Assembly (NCBI GenBank): GCA_963920595.1
Contig: OY986950.1
Location: 1,798,001 to 1,862,000 of the forward strand
Length of the DNA: 64,000 nt
Reading direction: 5' to 3'
DNA from: Eimeria praecox
Lineage: Eukaryota
Position 1 is the first letter of the stretch, and each line of letters begins with the position of its first letter. Positions 52,510 through 64,000 of this stretch are shown in pieces. The translations under genes were made by a program, and so were the position numbers. Under the pieces are notes generated by a model. It made no database searches, was not told the DNA's origin, and was given only the letters and a program-made list of their open reading frames with translations.

Positions 52510-53329
52510 ACTCAGGACTTGAGCCTCGTAATTTTTTTCACGTCGTACAATTTTTAATGTATGACAAAGAAGTCAAAGGAGAAATCAGCGTAGAACAAAC
52601 TCTACAAATTTTATTCGTTCGTTTCGGGAGAGAGCTACTAGATCAAGTTAGCCCCTAGGGTTTAGGGTTTAGGGTTTAGGGTTTAGGGGTTAGGGTTTGG
52701 GGGATAGAGGTTAGGGTTTTACATGTGGGGGTTCAGATTCGGGATGAGGATTTACACGATCGAGTTGGGGGTTTAGACTTACAGATCAGGTTTAGGGTTT
52801 AGAGTTTAGGGTTTAGGGTTTAGGGTTTAGGGTTTAGGGTTTAGGGTCGTTAGGGTTTAAGGGTTTCTGTTCCTCGAGAAGTCCAAGCTATCTAACCTTT
52901 TCCCTAACCTTAAACCCTAAACCATAAACCCTAAACCCTAGACCCTAAACCCTAAACCCTAACCTAACCGCTAACTCTTGAGCCCCTAATCTTCGAATCC
53001 AAACCCTAAACCCTAAGCCCTAAACCCTAAACCCTAAACCCTAGATTGGGTGTTCAGGAGATACAAGCTATCTTCGGAGAAGATGAGAGGAAGTACGACG
53101 GGCCTGAGAAAAAATTAACTTTAACAGAATATCTCGAGAAAGTTAGAGCAAGAAAGACAGTCAAGTACGCCCATAAACCCTAAACCCCAAACCCTAAACC
53201 CTAAACCCTAAACCCTAAACCCTAAACCCTAAACCCTAGGCCAGATGTATAACCCCATACACCTAAGAGTCTCTTGAATTTTGCTGCAGAAAGAAGTCTG
53301 TGACGTATCCAAAGTTAAGAAAGAAGTAA
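50771..53329 (+). CDS. EF-hand calcium-binding (calmodulin/centrin-like) protein, 183 aa
   Basis: Exons 50771-50938, 51969-52074, 52516-52646, 53058-53164, 53290-53329. EF loops DADGDGRLSSQD, DEDLDGFISWPE and DKEVKGEISVEQ. Introns 1 and 2 require GC donors. Confidence 0.85.
50987..51260. repeat. ~13-bp minisatellite GGGATCGAT(T/C)CCT
   Basis: About 20 degenerate tandem units in intron 1 of the EF-hand gene. The core GGGATCGATCCC is self-complementary. Confidence 0.9.
52081..53237. repeat. Interstitial telomere-like (TTTAGGG/CCCTAAA)n arrays in EF-hand gene introns
   Basis: CCCTAAA at 52081-52130, TTTAGGG at ~52656-52865, CCCTAAA at ~52900-53043 and ~53175-53237. Further arrays lie at ~40895-40936, 42733-42770, 43637-43692, 44711-44754, 56607-57166 and 57986-58043. 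Confidence 0.95.
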
Positions 53330-54843
53330 AGATAAGAGAAACAGAATTCGGGTGTACATACACCTCAAACGCCTCGCTCGGACAGCCGACGAAAACTGCT
53401 GCTATTACTCTACTAGACACACAGCTCCCGTAGCAGCAGCAGCAGCTGCTGCTGCTGCTGCAGCAGCAGCAGCAGCAGAAGAGGAAGTAGGGGATCTCTC
53501 TTCACTCATCCCTCAGCTCAGAGAATGTTAATTAATTTAATTTGCCGGGGTTTGTATACTTACAACCGTATTATCTGGGGGGCTGCATAGCAGCAGCAGC
53601 AGCAGCAGCAGCAGGAAGAACAGCAACAGCAGCAATTTTTCAAGCAGCAGGAGTATCTGCTGCTATTGCTGCTGCTGCTGTTGCAGCAGCTGCTGTTGTT
53701 GTTGCTGCTGTTGCTGCTGCTGCTGTTGCTGCTGTTGTTGCTGCTGCTGCGACAGCAGGCCCAGGTGGTCTTTGTGTCTCCTAGAGGACTGTGTAAGAGA
53801 TCATGGGGAAGAGGAATTGTTGTAGTATTTTGTCTCTGTTTATTTTTTAATATTTTCATCTATCTATGTTGTCTGTCTATTAATGGGGTGTCTGTACACC
53901 TGACAGCCCGCAAGATCATAGGATTCTCGCAGTATCTGCTATTAAATAATAAATGAAGTATTTAAAATAATATAAAAGACTTGGTTTTTATCTTCTATCT
54001 TCACTGTATGCTGCGGTGTACGTACAACCAAACAGAATACAATAAAATAAAAATAAAACTAGATATATAAACACTATTCTTTAAATAATAATGTATAAAG
54101 TATTTAAAATCTTTATTAAATTTTATTTCTCTCTCTCTCTCATAAAAGAAGAAAATATTATATCCTCTTATATCGTAGCTCCATAGTTAACGAACGATCC
54201 TCGGTGTAGTTGCTGCAGCCTCCGTCACAGCACACCATACGTATATATTAGGTATATATAAGCGTAATATAAATAAAGATATATATAATATATAATATAT
54301 ATAATATATATGTATATATATATATATATGTAGGGTTTATAGTTTTTTTTCTGTTTTTTACGAAGTTACTTGAACTTGTAGCTGTTTCAATAATAACAAC
54401 ATCGCATCGCTGGGGTGTACGTACAGTGTGAGCTGTTGCTGCTGTTGGCGGCCTCCTATCGAGGCGAATATAACATGAATATGGTTCTATTTAGAGTAGA
54501 AATACAAATTAAAACTAAAATTAAAGGAATAAATTAAAGTATTTTATAAAATAATAAACAAATTGAAGCGATTCTACGGAGGCAGACCAGTGGCTTGCAG
54601 CAGCAGATCTGGGGTGTACAGGCAGCTCGTTGAGGCCTGCACATCATGAGTGGAGATTATGGGTTTAAATATATATTTTTTTATATTATTAAAATGTTTT
54701 TGATATTTGTTTCATATTCTTTTAATTAATTGTTAAAAATAGAACAAGAAAGACAACAGAAGAACCCCAAACCACCCTCAACCCCCAGCTTACCGCTCAC
54801 CGTCTACGAGGACCGCCGATCGTCGGCTGCGGCTGCTGCTGTC

Positions 54844-54895
<52 letters not shown>

Positions 54896-55026
54896 TTGCA
54901 GTTGTTTGGTGTTTCTGAGTATATCTCTGGTTTTGAAATATGTATTTCTAAATACAAAATCAAGAAAGGGAGATTCTGCTGCAAGGAAGAGAAGAATCTA
55001 AGTCCTTAACGCCCGGTCTCCTTCGG

Positions 55027-55064
<38 letters not shown>

Positions 55065-55196
55065 GGCTGCTGCTGCTGCTGCAGTGCAGCTGGTTGGCTG
55101 CAGCAGGAGCAGCAGCAGCCCATGCTGTTGCTTGAGGCGATTTTCTTTGGTTGGTGTTTGTTGTAGCTCTGAGCATAAGACTTGTGCCGCCCTCAG

Positions 55197-55243
<47 letters not shown>

Positions 55244-55453
55244 GGCAGAAGGGTTCTGTTGTTCTCGATCTTCTTCTCTCTAAATAGTTTAAATTCACAG
55301 TATTTAAATCAATTCTTCTTTGTTTGTTTTAAACTATTTTCTTCTTTTCTTCTTCTCTTTCTTCTTTATCTTCTTCTTTATCTTCTTCTCTTTCTTCTTC
55401 TTCTTCGTGGAGCAACACTGCAGCAGCAGTTGGTGTCTCATGTCTTCGTGTCT

Positions 55454-55502
<49 letters not shown>

Positions 55503-55811
55503 AGCAGCAACAGCAGCAGCAGCAGCAGCAGCAGCAACAGCGAGATCACGAGGGGTTTTCTCTTTCTTCTGTCTGCTGTCTGTCAAACAGATTAGGGTTT
55601 GTGTAGATTAGGGTTTGTGTAGATTAGGGTTTGTGTTTGATGATGCTTGTCTAGGCCAGACTCTTCTTCTCTTCTCTTTCTCTTCTTCTTCTCTTCTTCT
55701 TCTTCTCTTTCTTCTTCTTCTCTTTCTCTCTTTCTCTCTCTCTCTCCCTCTCTCTCTTTCTTTGGGAATACCTATAGCATCATAACATAATATCAGCTTC
55801 AGCAGCAAAAG

Positions 55812-55888
<77 letters not shown>

Positions 55889-55897
55889 GCAGCCAAG

Positions 55898-64000
<8,103 letters not shown>

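Overview
Eukaryotic nuclear DNA, almost certainly from an Eimeria-type coccidian (Apicomplexa). The evidence is spliced genes, dense CAG repeats, interstitial TTTAGGG/CCCTAAA repeats, a TGCATGCA tract and a cluster of Eimeria SAG surface-antigen genes. The window has two compartments. The repeat-poor part (1 to ~39.4 kb) holds the 3' end of an ABCB (ATM1/HMT1-like) half-transporter, a 7-exon TRM61 tRNA m1A58 methyltransferase and eight four-exon sagA-type loci (six intact, one frameshifted with a probable stop-loss, one decayed). It also holds two related Ty3/gypsy gag-protease relics, an EF-Tu fragment, and a ~3.6-kb inverted duplication that carries two SAG paralogues around one of the retroelement relics and contains two micro-inversions. 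The repeat-rich part (~39.5-64 kb) holds a ROMO1/Mgr2-like gene, a low-complexity hypothetical gene, an EF-hand gene that appears to need two GC-AG introns, and a divergent kinesin running off the window end. I found no convincing new enzyme system. The most notable signals are structural: the SAG inverted duplication with template-switch signatures, the EF-Tu relic, a perfect 22-bp hairpin and a recurrent GGTGTACGTACACC palindrome. All gene models were built by hand from splice sites and reading frame, without database searches.
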